This document shows positions 28,304-38,174 of a stretch of DNA of 64,000 nt, in pieces. The stretch covers positions 49,751 to 113,750 of the forward strand of contig JAEEKZ010000046.1 in NCBI GenBank assembly GCA_016288635.1, given 5' to 3'. A program made the translations under genes and the position numbers. Under the pieces are notes generated by a model. The model saw only the letters and a program-made list of their open reading frames with translations. It was not told where the DNA came from and ran no database searches. Positions within the stretch are counted from its first letter, which is position 1, and each line of letters begins with the position of its first letter. This stretch comes from Bacillales bacterium (lineage in GTDB: Bacteria > Bacillota_I > Bacilli_A > RF39 > UBA660).

Positions 28304-29435
28304 TTTGCCCTCTTAATTTGAAATTAATAATTTTACTAATTGCACTTTGAATCTTACTATTTAACTTAGTTTGAACTTCCTCAATAGAAGCTTCTTTTTT
28401 ATTCTTAATAATAGCAATCTTATCACCAATCTTTTGAGTAATCTCTTCAACTGGCAATTCAGAATTTATTTCAACAATTTTATTAATCATACCATTAGTC
28501 AAGTTTTCAACTTGATCTCTAGTTAATTCTAATTGTTCTATCTTATTTGAAGTTAAACTATCCATAACTAAATAGTTAAGTAAGAATAATTCATCAAATT
28601 TACCCTTAGCTTCAATATCATCTTTATATTCTTTATTCGTTTTATTTTTTGTACTACCATCCTCAAGATTATTCTGCAAAAAATCCCATAACTTCATTGC
28701 ATATTGGAAGTTAGTATTTTTTAAAATTAAGTTTGTCTTCTTAATCGGTGGAATAACTCTAGATACGTGAGCTCTCATTAATGTTTTATAAACAGTTGTA
28801 TTAGTTAAGTCAGTAATTCTCATCTCTAACTTTTCTATTCTCTCTGGAATAGTTAAACCACTATTGTTCTTGCCTTTCCATTCTTTAGATACATTGGCAG
28901 ACGCATCCATAGTGACATTAATAGAAACATTTTCTGTTCCCATTTTAGCTTGTCCACAATACATACTTTGTCTATGATTCTTAGAAAATGATTTAGTAAC
29001 CAATTTTGACTTTTTAAAATCTATAAAAGTTCTCATATTTTGAATTAGAGTATATATTACTCTATTTTCATATGTATCATAACTTTCATCTTTATTAATA
29101 TTTAATATTTTAGATGGTTTAACATCTCCATTTGCTTCGATTTCTTGAATAAAACTTGTGTGTTTTGCCAAATGTTTAATACTTTCAACAGTAATTCTTC
29201 TTGCTTGTTCAACTTTAACTATTTCTTCTTCGTTTATGATAAATCTATTTGGATTTCTTAAAATATTATCAAGATATCTTACTGTATCTTCCATTAATTC
29301 TAACCACTCAAAAGAAACATCAAGACTCTCAATGTTTTCTTTTATATTATAAGAAGATTTTATTGAACTTTCGAAGGATACAACTGATTTTTTATCAGCA
29401 TGTTCATATGTATCAAATACTCTTAAACTACTCAT
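28296..29435 (-). CDS. Hypothetical partner of the McrB-family GTPase (McrC-like position); no nuclease motif seen
   Basis: 379 aa and translationally coupled: it starts 9 nt after the McrB-like gene and ends inside sipW. Contains a DTYENRVIYTLIQNM segment. I could not find a clear PD-(D/E)xK motif. Confidence 0.35.
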   Translation of the reverse strand: MSSLRVFDTYEHADKKSVVSFESSIKSSYNIKENIESLDVSFEWLELMEDTVRYLDNILRNPNRFIINEEEIVKVEQARRITVESIKHLAKHTSFIQEIEANGDVKPSKILNINKDESYDTYENRVIYTLIQNMRTFIDFKKSKLVTKSFSKNHRQSMYCGQAKMGTENVSINVTMDASANVSKEWKGKNNSGLTIPERIEKLEMRITDLTNTTVYKTLMRAHVSRVIPPIKKTNLILKNTNFQYAMKLWDFLQNNLEDGSTKNKTNKEYKDDIEAKGKFDELFLLNYLVMDSLTSNKIEQLELTRDQVENLTNGMINKIVEINSELPVEEITQKIGDKIAIIKNKKEASIEEVQTKLNSKIQSAISKIINFKLRGQND

Positions 29436-29443
29436 ATTAACAC

Positions 29444-30973
29444 CTATGACATCTTCTTAAGCCTTAATACATATTCAATACATTCAGCCATTTTATCTTT
29501 ACCAAATGTTTTATCTAAATATTCTACGAAACCATCAATTTCATCACGAATATATGAAATATTTAACTGTTCAAATTTTCTTAAAATCTTACGAGCAATG
29601 AAATAATCTACTCCAGCAATTTCATCTCCACCACAGGCAACAAATACTGGAACAAACTTTTTCATATGTGCCATAATACGGTTACCAAAAGCTATACGGA
29701 AATGTTTAATAACATAGTCATCCATTTCCTCAATCTTTTTAAGTGTTTCATCTGAAATAGGATTATCATCTATTGCATCAGTAAATAACTTATCTAAGTA
29801 ACTGAAATTAATATCTTGAGCTTGAACATTCTCTGCATCAAACACTTGACCTTTTGTATTAATATCTATTGGCATAGCACGGTCGTAAACCTTATCTGTA
29901 ACCATAAATGTTGAGTCATCGTTATTGATTGTTCCTATATACCAACAATTTGGTGGAATCTTTAATTTACCACTTATTAAATGTTTAGGGTCACTTGCCC
30001 ATGCTGAAGAAACAACTTCAACAATCCATTCATCTTTATTAGGCATTTCTAGAATTGATAACATCTCGGCAAAATAATATTCGACACGAGAGATGTTCAT
30101 TTCATCTAGGATGATTGTATAAACATCATCTGTATATCCTGCTTCATATAATGTTTTTAAAATATCAGTCTCATTAAACTTCTTAGTAAATTCGTTGAAG
30201 TATCCAAATAACTCTGATCTATCACGCCATGATGGCTGAACAGATGCAACACATGAGTCATGCTTTAAGAATTTTCCCCAAGCATATGCTAGGGAAGTTT
30301 TACCTGTTCCAGAAATACCTTGTAAAATTACAATCTTAGTACTTGCTAAACCAGATATAAATATACGAATCATATCAGATGTATAATATAAACCTAACTG
30401 ACTAGCTGCAAAATTTCTAAATAATTCAATTAACTCTGGTAAAGTAAATGAATTGTTATAATTTTGAATCTTATAATCTTTATATTGTATATCAACATCA
30501 TGTAATTTAGAGAATCTAATTGCAGTATTTTGATCAATTTCTTCCCCTTCACCATTTTCATCAGGGTTAACAATATTATCCTCACCTGGTTGTAAACCTA
30601 GTTGGGAAACTTTCATTGCAAGAATTGATTCTCTTTCTTTCATTAAAGATGAAACTTTAGAATTTAATGTAGAAATTTCCTCTAACATTGATTCTTGTTC
30701 CACAATTGTCTTCCTAAATCTAATATATTTTCTAATTAAATAAACGATTAATAAAACTATACCAGCAATAAAAGCTAATAGAATTAATAAACCTATGCCA
30801 AATAATACCCATTCACCTGGCGAAAGATCTGCTTTATAACGGGCTATTATCTTAATATATTGAGGGACATTTAAAGTTTGAACTACACCTTTAAAAATGC
30901 CTATAACGCCTAATTTTAAACCACCAAAAAACTGTGATAATACTTCATAAAACAATTTTAAAAATGTCTTCAA
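29444..30973 (-). CDS. Membrane-anchored McrB-family AAA+ GTPase
   Basis: Walker A (ILQGISGTGKTSL), McrB-type Walker B (TIILDEMNISRVEYYFAEMLSILE), the McrB signature IGTINNDDS...DRAMPI, and an N-terminal TM helix plus coiled coil where a DNA-binding domain would normally sit. Confidence 0.6.
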   Translation of the reverse strand: MKTFLKLFYEVLSQFFGGLKLGVIGIFKGVVQTLNVPQYIKIIARYKADLSPGEWVLFGIGLLILLAFIAGIVLLIVYLIRKYIRFRKTIVEQESMLEEISTLNSKVSSLMKERESILAMKVSQLGLQPGEDNIVNPDENGEGEEIDQNTAIRFSKLHDVDIQYKDYKIQNYNNSFTLPELIELFRNFAASQLGLYYTSDMIRIFISGLASTKIVILQGISGTGKTSLAYAWGKFLKHDSCVASVQPSWRDRSELFGYFNEFTKKFNETDILKTLYEAGYTDDVYTIILDEMNISRVEYYFAEMLSILEMPNKDEWIVEVVSSAWASDPKHLISGKLKIPPNCWYIGTINNDDSTFMVTDKVYDRAMPIDINTKGQVFDAENVQAQDINFSYLDKLFTDAIDDNPISDETLKKIEEMDDYVIKHFRIAFGNRIMAHMKKFVPVFVACGGDEIAGVDYFIARKILRKFEQLNISYIRDEIDGFVEYLDKTFGKDKMAECIEYVLRLKKMS

Positions 30974-30995
30974 TCTCTCTCACCCTTTTCTCTTA

Positions 30996-31979
30996 TTAAA
31001 GTGTTACAACTATATCCTTTAATATTTTATCTTCACTATCCATTATAATATCATAATATTCATATTTTTCATATACGAAAACGTTCTTAAATAATATTAA
31101 ACAATCAAAATCATTATCAAATGTCTCATCTAATAATAATGATATCTTATATCCCAAATTAATTAATTTATTTATTTTTTCTTTATTATTAACATAATCT
31201 TTATATGAATATCTAATTGATATTTTATTCTTAACTATAGAACTATCTAATATTCTTAGATATCTTTTTATTTTCTTTTCTTTACCTAAAAGTGATATAG
31301 GTAATTCAACAACATATGTTTTATCAAAATTTAGTGATATAACATCAGTTAAAATCTTCTCAGTTAGAAGATAATACAACAAATAATATTTGTTTTCTTC
31401 AACAACTCCTGAATTAAACGCTTTTTCAATAGCATAATCACTATATAATTTTGAAACATTACAATGTTGAGCCATATGAACATATTGTAAATTTCTTTTT
31501 AATCTTCTAAATTTTAATTCAAAATCTTCACATTCAAATATCTTGAAAAAATCTTTTTTCTTCTTGTTAAAATCTTTTATTAGATTTCGATATTCTTCTT
31601 TTGCTTCATCAGTATATTCTAGTTTAATATTAGTATCTTTTAATAATGCATTATTTAACTTAACAATATTATCGATTTCTACACAATCATCTAAATATAA
31701 TACGTAGCCCATCAAAGCAAAAGCGTTTTTTACGGTTTCTTTTTTATCTGAATACTGCTTAATTAATTCATCAGCAACATCTCTAAGTTCCTTATTTATT
31801 CTTTCAATAAAACTCTTTGCATTTGGATAATTAGTAACATTATAATAACGAACATTTACATATTTATCGATAAATGATTTTACAATTTTCTCATCATATG
31901 TATCGCCCAATAATGTCTGATAAAACTTAATCAAAAAATCTATAACAAATTGTATATATTCCTCGATAATATTTTCCAT
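30996..31979 (-). CDS. Hypothetical cytoplasmic protein
   Basis: 327-aa ORF inside the operon with no recognisable motifs. Confidence 0.4.
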   Translation of the reverse strand: MENIIEEYIQFVIDFLIKFYQTLLGDTYDEKIVKSFIDKYVNVRYYNVTNYPNAKSFIERINKELRDVADELIKQYSDKKETVKNAFALMGYVLYLDDCVEIDNIVKLNNALLKDTNIKLEYTDEAKEEYRNLIKDFNKKKKDFFKIFECEDFELKFRRLKRNLQYVHMAQHCNVSKLYSDYAIEKAFNSGVVEENKYYLLYYLLTEKILTDVISLNFDKTYVVELPISLLGKEKKIKRYLRILDSSIVKNKISIRYSYKDYVNNKEKINKLINLGYKISLLLDETFDNDFDCLILFKNVFVYEKYEYYDIIMDSEDKILKDIVVTL

Positions 31980-31998
31980 TTTCTCCCTCTATTCTTTT

Positions 31999-32922
31999 TT
32001 ATATTTGTGCTGTAAATGTTATTACAGAATTTTGATTTACAAAAGGATATGTGTAATTCTGTGAAACATTCTTTTTATAAAACCTCACTTCTGTACTACT
32101 TTGAGAATCAACCTTAAATGTTAATGAGCTAATATAATTTACGCCATTAATCATTGTATGCTGAAATGTTGCACTCGCCATAATATCACTGGTAGTATCT
32201 AGAATAACTACATTTGGATCAAACGATAATGTAATCATCGCAGATGCAAAATTTTCTCTTTCTTCAGGAGTTAAATTTCTATATACATCAGTTAAAATTA
32301 CATCTCCAACATTATATGAACCAGTTGGTCTAATTGCTTTATATTCATCTGCTGCATTAGTTATAATAAAATTTAAATATGTGTTTCCAACAGAATCCGT
32401 TATTTCATACGAAATACCTTTTTTACCCACTTTAATTATGAAATGAGCTGATAATGTTTCTTCATATGGCGAAATACTTGATGCGGTCACATTTACTTCA
32501 ACTTCTTCATCAGTATCAAATACTCGAGTAGGAATAACTGTTAAAACAATATTATCAGTTTTCTCATCAACATATATTGTTCCTGATGTTGCACTCAAAT
32601 TACAAATAACATCTTGACTGCAACTTGCATTTAATTGGTATGCAATATCAGTATCACTTGTAAGAATATTATTTTTATGATTATTTAGGTCAAATTGAAT
32701 TGTAAAATTACTAACCCCTGACCAGTTATTAACACGATATAATTCGTTATTTTTTGTTAACTTGTCACTGTTAAAAAAGAAATTATTAGATTCAATAATA
32801 TAGTTTTTAACAAAGTTATATACATATCTTGAAAATGTTATAGTAAGCGGTAATATGATAGCAATACCTAATAAGATAATAACTAATTTTAATTTCTTAT
32901 TTCTTATTTTTATCTTTTTCAT
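31999..32922 (-). CDS. Secreted protein with a SipW-cognate-like signal; TasA-like fibre candidate
   Basis: Basic N-terminus, hydrophobic core, then TITFSRYVY. Mature region is beta-rich. Confidence 0.4.
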   Translation of the reverse strand: MKKIKIRNKKLKLVIILLGIAIILPLTITFSRYVYNFVKNYIIESNNFFFNSDKLTKNNELYRVNNWSGVSNFTIQFDLNNHKNNILTSDTDIAYQLNASCSQDVICNLSATSGTIYVDEKTDNIVLTVIPTRVFDTDEEVEVNVTASSISPYEETLSAHFIIKVGKKGISYEITDSVGNTYLNFIITNAADEYKAIRPTGSYNVGDVILTDVYRNLTPEERENFASAMITLSFDPNVVILDTTSDIMASATFQHTMINGVNYISSLTFKVDSQSSTEVRFYKKNVSQNYTYPFVNQNSVITFTAQI

Positions 32923-32947
32923 ATTAACTCCTTTCTATAATATTTTA

Positions 32948-33577
32948 TTAACCCTCATATTCTCCTTTAACAAAAGTAATATCAGTATCTATTTCATTAC
33001 TAGCATTTTTATTTATATTTACTGCTGAATCACTAACTATTATTTCTATTTCCCAGGTATGGACCGTTTCTTTTCCTTTATCTGCACTAATTTCGTAATT
33101 ATTTGCAAATTTAAATACACCTGTTTTATTAGTAATATCAAACACATTATTTTCTACATTAAAATTCAAACCGTTAATTGAATTTACATAGGTTCCATCA
33201 GGCTTCTTAATTTTCAAATTTATTGCTTCCGAATTATCCTCAGAGCGAACGATGTTATTATTTTTAATATTTATATAACCATTATAAGTAGTAGAACCAT
33301 TATTTTTTGAATCGGCAGTATAAACCACTACAGGTCTTGTAATAGCCCTATGAGTATTATCTTCTGTCTCTATTAATTGATTAATAGTTTCTCCTTTTAA
33401 GAAAAGTAAAGTTTCTCCTTTGGCGGAACTTGCTGACATACTTCCCACAGAAGCTTCATTAACATTTGAAGAAAGATATGAATATGTTATTGTAATAGTA
33501 ATCATAAACAATAAAACGAAAGACAAAGTACATATTGCTATAGTTTCTTTTCTAATTTTCTTTCTTACATTATCCAT
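32948..33577 (-). CDS. Secreted protein with a SipW-cognate-like signal; TasA-like fibre candidate
   Basis: Signal ...ITITYSYLSS, followed by a 170-aa beta-rich mature region. Confidence 0.4.
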   Translation of the reverse strand: MDNVRKKIRKETIAICTLSFVLLFMITITITYSYLSSNVNEASVGSMSASSAKGETLLFLKGETINQLIETEDNTHRAITRPVVVYTADSKNNGSTTYNGYINIKNNNIVRSEDNSEAINLKIKKPDGTYVNSINGLNFNVENNVFDITNKTGVFKFANNYEISADKGKETVHTWEIEIIVSDSAVNINKNASNEIDTDITFVKGEYEG

Positions 33578-33594
33578 ATTCTTCTCCTTTCTTT

Positions 33595-34200
33595 TTAATT
33601 TTCAATATCCTGTTCAGCATGAATAGTAAATGTTACTAAATCAATTAATCCTTGATATTTATTTGCATCTGTTTTATATTGCGACGGGAAATTAACTATT
33701 ATCGAATATTGATCTATTTGATTAGAACTAATTGTAAATGCATACTCATCATTATCAACAAACTCGTTATAATACATTCCATCATCATCTGATATAACGC
33801 TATCTGCATCAATTATATTTGTTGCTGCAGAAGAATAAGTTTCATTCCTAATCACCTGATACTGAAGTGGTAAATTAGTTGTTGTTTTTAAACTTATACT
33901 ATAATGCAAATTAACATCACATCTTTTATTATCATCATAATTATACACGTTTATTGTAAATATATATGGATCATCACTTGGTTCTAAGCCATCAAGTGTA
34001 ATTGTTCTTGACTGTGTACCTTGATCAACTATGAAATATGCAACATTAGCTTCTGTGTAAACATTGGCATTTGATTCATATCTTGAATAAGCAACCCCAA
34101 TCACATTTGCGGCTAATACTAAAAAAAGAAATAATAAAATTATTTTGAAATTAAACTTAAACTTTTTTTTATCAAATAATTCATTAAGATTCTTTTTCAA
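33595..34200 (-). CDS. Secreted protein with a SipW-cognate-like signal; TasA-like fibre candidate
   Basis: Signal ...ANVIGVAYSRYES. Size is about 200 aa. Confidence 0.45.
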   Translation of the reverse strand: MKKNLNELFDKKKFKFNFKIILLFLFLVLAANVIGVAYSRYESNANVYTEANVAYFIVDQGTQSRTITLDGLEPSDDPYIFTINVYNYDDNKRCDVNLHYSISLKTTTNLPLQYQVIRNETYSSAATNIIDADSVISDDDGMYYNEFVDNDEYAFTISSNQIDQYSIIVNFPSQYKTDANKYQGLIDLVTFTIHAEQDIEN

Positions 34201-34203
34201 GTT

Positions 34204-34938
34204 TTAATCCTCCTTGTCTATATTTTCCTTTATTTCCTTACTAATTTCACTTAAATCCAATCTAATTGTATATTCGTCTTTCTCTTCTTCCTTAGCAGGA
34301 ATTTCACCATCTATTTTTTCTTCTTTTTTCTTTAACTTAGGAAGTACCATTGTTTTATCAAAATCATCATATAATGTCATTGGCTCTTCTATTTCACAAT
34401 TTTCTTTCTCTATAAGTTTATTAGACTTAGTTTTCTTTTCTTCATTCTTATCTTTGTAAGATAAAGCAAAATCAAAAGCAAGAAGAGTAATAAAAATAGT
34501 AATATATATTTCTTTAGTGGTTAATATTTTTTGCCATATTCCACCATGTTCAATAATCTTGATAACTCTACCAATAACAACTCCCCTTTTAATTGGAGCA
34601 TCAGTTGTATTATTAGCATCACCCTTAGCAATTATGCCTGATTTATTAATCTCTACAATTCTATGAGTTATATAACTATTATTCTTTTCATAAGTTATTA
34701 TATCTCCAACTTTATAACTCTTTTGTTTTTTAACAAGAATAATATCATTCTCATGAATAGTGGGTTCCATACTACCAGTTGCAATATTAAAAATAGAGTA
34801 GCCAAAAAAATCTAGATAATTCTTTTTATTAGCTAGTGTCATTACTTTTAATATTATTATAAGTAGCAATATTACTATTGCTACACTTAATAATACATTT
34901 ACCAAAATATTAAGTACTTTTAAAACTGTTTTTGGCAC
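34204..34938 (-). CDS. sipW: Signal peptidase I of the SipW (ER/archaeal) type
   Basis: Catalytic Ser motif ATGSMEPT and His motif ITHRIV. It has N- and C-terminal TM helices and an acidic/Lys-rich C-terminal tail. Confidence 0.8.
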   Translation of the reverse strand: MPKTVLKVLNILVNVLLSVAIVILLLIIILKVMTLANKKNYLDFFGYSIFNIATGSMEPTIHENDIILVKKQKSYKVGDIITYEKNNSYITHRIVEINKSGIIAKGDANNTTDAPIKRGVVIGRVIKIIEHGGIWQKILTTKEIYITIFITLLAFDFALSYKDKNEEKKTKSNKLIEKENCEIEEPMTLYDDFDKTMVLPKLKKKEEKIDGEIPAKEEEKDEYTIRLDLSEISKEIKENIDKED

Positions 34939-34961
34939 GTATACAACCTCTTTTTCCTTTT

Positions 34962-35540
34962 TTATTCTCCTAAGTATTGAATTAATTTTATATTAATTGG
35001 AATAACAATTTTATTATTCAACACTATTCCTAGTTGAGTATCTGAATCATTTAATGTCTCGTCGTTAACCCAACTAACATGTACTCTAAGTGATATTGTT
35101 TCACCTTCATCAATATCATCTAATGTAATTACTCCTATATAAGTGTTTTCATCTACTTGTGTAGCGCTATCACCACTTAGCATATCGACACTATAAGTTA
35201 TATTATCTTCATATGCGTCATCTAAGTTAAATGTGATTTCATATTGAATTGCTACATCAGTACCACTAGGATCAAGAATTAAATCAAAATATCCTGATCT
35301 CCCCGGTGCTATATAACCATTATTTATTGTTGTAGAGTCTTCATAAACAAACTCATCAACATTTATATCTGTCTCTCCTGTTTCAGAGATTAAGATATCA
35401 TTTAAGTTTATTGTCCAACCACCAACAGGATTTTCTTCCAATGCAGTAGCATTATTCTCAAATAAACCATATGAATTATATATAACAAGCAGCAAGACAA
35501 CAAATAGAAGAATACTTACTGTCCATAGCTTTGCTCTCAT
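34962..35540 (-). CDS. Secreted protein with a SipW-cognate-like signal; TasA-like fibre candidate
   Basis: Signal ...LLVIYNSYGLFENNAT. Mature region is beta-rich. Confidence 0.4.
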   Translation of the reverse strand: MRAKLWTVSILLFVVLLLVIYNSYGLFENNATALEENPVGGWTINLNDILISETGETDINVDEFVYEDSTTINNGYIAPGRSGYFDLILDPSGTDVAIQYEITFNLDDAYEDNITYSVDMLSGDSATQVDENTYIGVITLDDIDEGETISLRVHVSWVNDETLNDSDTQLGIVLNNKIVIPINIKLIQYLGE

Positions 35541-36196
35541 TATTCCTCGCTTGATACAAAAAGTGGTTTTTCTTTTTCTTCTTCAAGAATAGGTTTATCT
35601 TCAGGATCTTTTTTCTTACCTTCTGATTGCATATTCTTCATTTCTTTTTGATATTCTCTTTTAACTACAACTACAATTCTATATATTTCATATACCACCA
35701 AATAAATAGTCGGTAAAATTATAAGAAATAAGAATCCCCATCTTGAACTTATAATGTTATATATGAATCCAATTCCACCAAGTTTCATTGCACCATTTGC
35801 TGCACCAATTATGTTACCATAAGAAACAACAACATCTCCAAAATAATAATTATCTTGAGTATTCTTTAACACATCAATTGAAGTTATTTCTGCTAAATTA
35901 ACATAACTTCCAATATCCCTATTATTGTAGTAGAAGAACACTAAATCTCCTTTTTTATAAGTATCTTCAGGTTGTTTAGAAACAAAAACCATATCATATT
36001 TGTTAAATCCATATTTTGATATTGATTTATTATCTACTACAAACATAGAAGTATCTCCAAATTCACTTACTCTATGCTCATTTAAAAATAATAAACAAAT
36101 CGTTGATGCAATTGCTATTACTATCCATATTGTAAGTAATATTCCTTTTAACGTATCTTTTACCACTTTCATATTATTTATCACCATTATTATCAT
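35540..36196 (-). CDS. SipW-like protein, probably a catalytically degenerate signal-peptidase paralog
   Basis: Same architecture and length as the two SipW genes, with N- and C-terminal TM helices and GD boxes. The Ser box reads GDTSMFVV instead of SGSMEP, and no HR motif is present. Confidence 0.5.
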   Translation of the reverse strand: MIIMVINNMKVVKDTLKGILLTIWIVIAIASTICLLFLNEHRVSEFGDTSMFVVDNKSISKYGFNKYDMVFVSKQPEDTYKKGDLVFFYYNNRDIGSYVNLAEITSIDVLKNTQDNYYFGDVVVSYGNIIGAANGAMKLGGIGFIYNIISSRWGFLFLIILPTIYLVVYEIYRIVVVVKREYQKEMKNMQSEGKKKDPEDKPILEEEKEKPLFVSSEE

Positions 36197-36239
36197 ACCA
36201 TTATTTACTTATTTATTAAAGACTTTATTTACTTATTTA

Positions 36240-36270
36240 AACAAAAAAGCAAGGTAAATCTTGCTTTAAT
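36240..36270 (-). terminator. Rho-independent terminator after thiI
   Basis: Hairpin AAGCAAG-gtaaat-CTTGCTT followed by a T-run on the minus strand. Confidence 0.5.
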
Positions 36271-36273
36271 TTT

Positions 36274-37461
36274 CTATAATAAATCTTGATATTTTCCTTC
36301 AATTGAACTAAGTTTTATAACCTCATGGTTTCTAACAGTTTCCCTAATATATTCTTCATATGGAATTAGTTTTTCATACTCTTCACATAATTCTGCACTC
36401 GGGTTAATTACGGGATGCTTAGGTACAAATATTGTACAACAGTCCTCGAATGGTCTAATAGAGATTTCATAAGTACCTATTTTCTTAGATATATCAATTA
36501 TTTCTAACTTATCTAAACATGCAACAGGTCTTATCACGGGCATTTTAACCACTCTATTAATAGCATTCATACTAGTTAAAGTTTGACTTGCAACTTGTCC
36601 TATTGATTCCCCATTTACAATTATTTTAGCATTAACTTTTCTAGATATTTCTTCAGAAATACGATACATCATTCTTCTCATAATTGTTATTAAATACTCA
36701 TGTGGTATATTTTTAAGTATTTCCTCTTGTATCTTTGTAAAATTAATAATATGTACTTTAATATCGTTGTTATATTTTGATAGTACTTTAGCTAAATCCA
36801 TTACTTTTTCTTTTGCCGCTTCACTTGTATGAGGAGGAGATTCAAAATATAAACATTCTAACTTAACTCCTCTTTTCATAGCAAGATAACCTGCAACAGG
36901 AGAATCAATCCCACCACTAAGCATTAGTAAGCCTTTACCTAAGGTAGAAACTGGATATCCTCCACATCCAGGAATTCCTTTTAAATACATAAGAGTTTCA
37001 GTTAGTCTTATTTCCACATTAACAACTATTTCAGGTTCATGAACGTCTACACTTACTATCTTTTTCTTCTTTAAAATAACAGCACCGAGTTGTTTTGATA
37101 TTTCTGGACTTGTTAAAGGATAATCTTTATTAACTCTTTTTGTTTCAACTTTAAAAGTACTAAATTCCTCTTCATCAACAAGTATTTCTAAATTAGCTTT
37201 TATTTCATCAAAATCAGTCGTATCAATAATATAACCAATAACTATTTCATGAATACCAAATACTTTCTTTAAAACGTCTACACTAGTTTCTAAGTCACTT
37301 TCAGCTACATCAATATACATTCTTCCATGATCGTACTTAATTTCGTGATTAATGTTTTTTAAAGCATAATCAATATTGTTTTTTAGTGTCTTTAAAAAGA
37401 AATTAATATTATCTTTTTTTGTTGATAACTCGCCATACTTAATAACAATTAACTTTTTCAT
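36274..37461 (-). CDS. thiI: tRNA 4-thiouridine synthase ThiI
   Basis: THUMP domain N-terminus and PP-loop SGGIDSPVA. About 395 aa. Confidence 0.85.
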   Translation of the reverse strand: MKKLIVIKYGELSTKKDNINFFLKTLKNNIDYALKNINHEIKYDHGRMYIDVAESDLETSVDVLKKVFGIHEIVIGYIIDTTDFDEIKANLEILVDEEEFSTFKVETKRVNKDYPLTSPEISKQLGAVILKKKKIVSVDVHEPEIVVNVEIRLTETLMYLKGIPGCGGYPVSTLGKGLLMLSGGIDSPVAGYLAMKRGVKLECLYFESPPHTSEAAKEKVMDLAKVLSKYNNDIKVHIINFTKIQEEILKNIPHEYLITIMRRMMYRISEEISRKVNAKIIVNGESIGQVASQTLTSMNAINRVVKMPVIRPVACLDKLEIIDISKKIGTYEISIRPFEDCCTIFVPKHPVINPSAELCEEYEKLIPYEEYIRETVRNHEVIKLSSIEGKYQDLL

Positions 37462-37541
37462 ATTAACGCCCTTTCTTACGTAGGTAGTATACTTTATTTT
37501 TTTATACCTTGCAATAAATTAGAAAAAAATAACCATTTTGG

Positions 37542-38174
37542 TTATTTTTCTTTATTCTTTTTTTCTTGTTCTCTTAAGTTTTCACGCATTAAGTCACCAA
37601 TAACTTTTTCTAACTTTTTATTGGCAGTTTCTAAATCCATGTCATCTACTTTAAACGGTTTGCCAAAACGAACAGTTAAATCTTTTGATCTAAACTTGTA
37701 ATCACCAGTTACACCAAAAGGTACTAGTGTAGCTCCTGTTTTTTTAGCCATAGACACAGCACCGAATTTGAATGGTAATAGGAATTCTTTTGTTTTATTT
37801 CTAGTTCCTTCAGGAAATAATCCAATTGCTCCACCATCTTCTAGCACCTCTAAAGCAAGTGACTTAGCTGTTTCATCATGTATACTTCTATTAACAGAAA
37901 TACAACCTGCAGCTTTAAAGAACCATGCCATTTTACCATCAAAATATTCTTTTTTTGCCATATAATGAACTGGTCTTTTTGTAGATATAATAACAGAGCA
38001 TTGATCCATGACATGCTTATGATTACCCACTATTAAGATAGGTCCATCTTTAGGAATTACTTCTTTATTAATAATTCTTGGATGGTAATATAATCTATAA
38101 ATAGGCCCTAATATAGTTCTAAAAAAATGCAAACCAAAATTAGGTAATTTACTTTTCTTTTCTGTCTTTTTCAT
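37542..38174 (-). CDS. plsC: 1-acyl-sn-glycerol-3-phosphate acyltransferase
   Basis: Acyltransferase HX4D motif (VGNHKHVMD) and FPEGTRN. Confidence 0.75.
   Translation of the reverse strand: MKKTEKKSKLPNFGLHFFRTILGPIYRLYYHPRIINKEVIPKDGPILIVGNHKHVMDQCSVIISTKRPVHYMAKKEYFDGKMAWFFKAAGCISVNRSIHDETAKSLALEVLEDGGAIGLFPEGTRNKTKEFLLPFKFGAVSMAKKTGATLVPFGVTGDYKFRSKDLTVRFGKPFKVDDMDLETANKKLEKVIGDLMRENLREQEKKNKEK

Noticed and set aside
28296-30973. Calling the McrB-like/partner pair a classical McrBC restriction system.
   Set aside because: The McrB homolog has a TM anchor in place of a DNA-binding domain, and I could not see a nuclease motif in the partner. Kept only as a McrB-family GTPase pair of unknown role.
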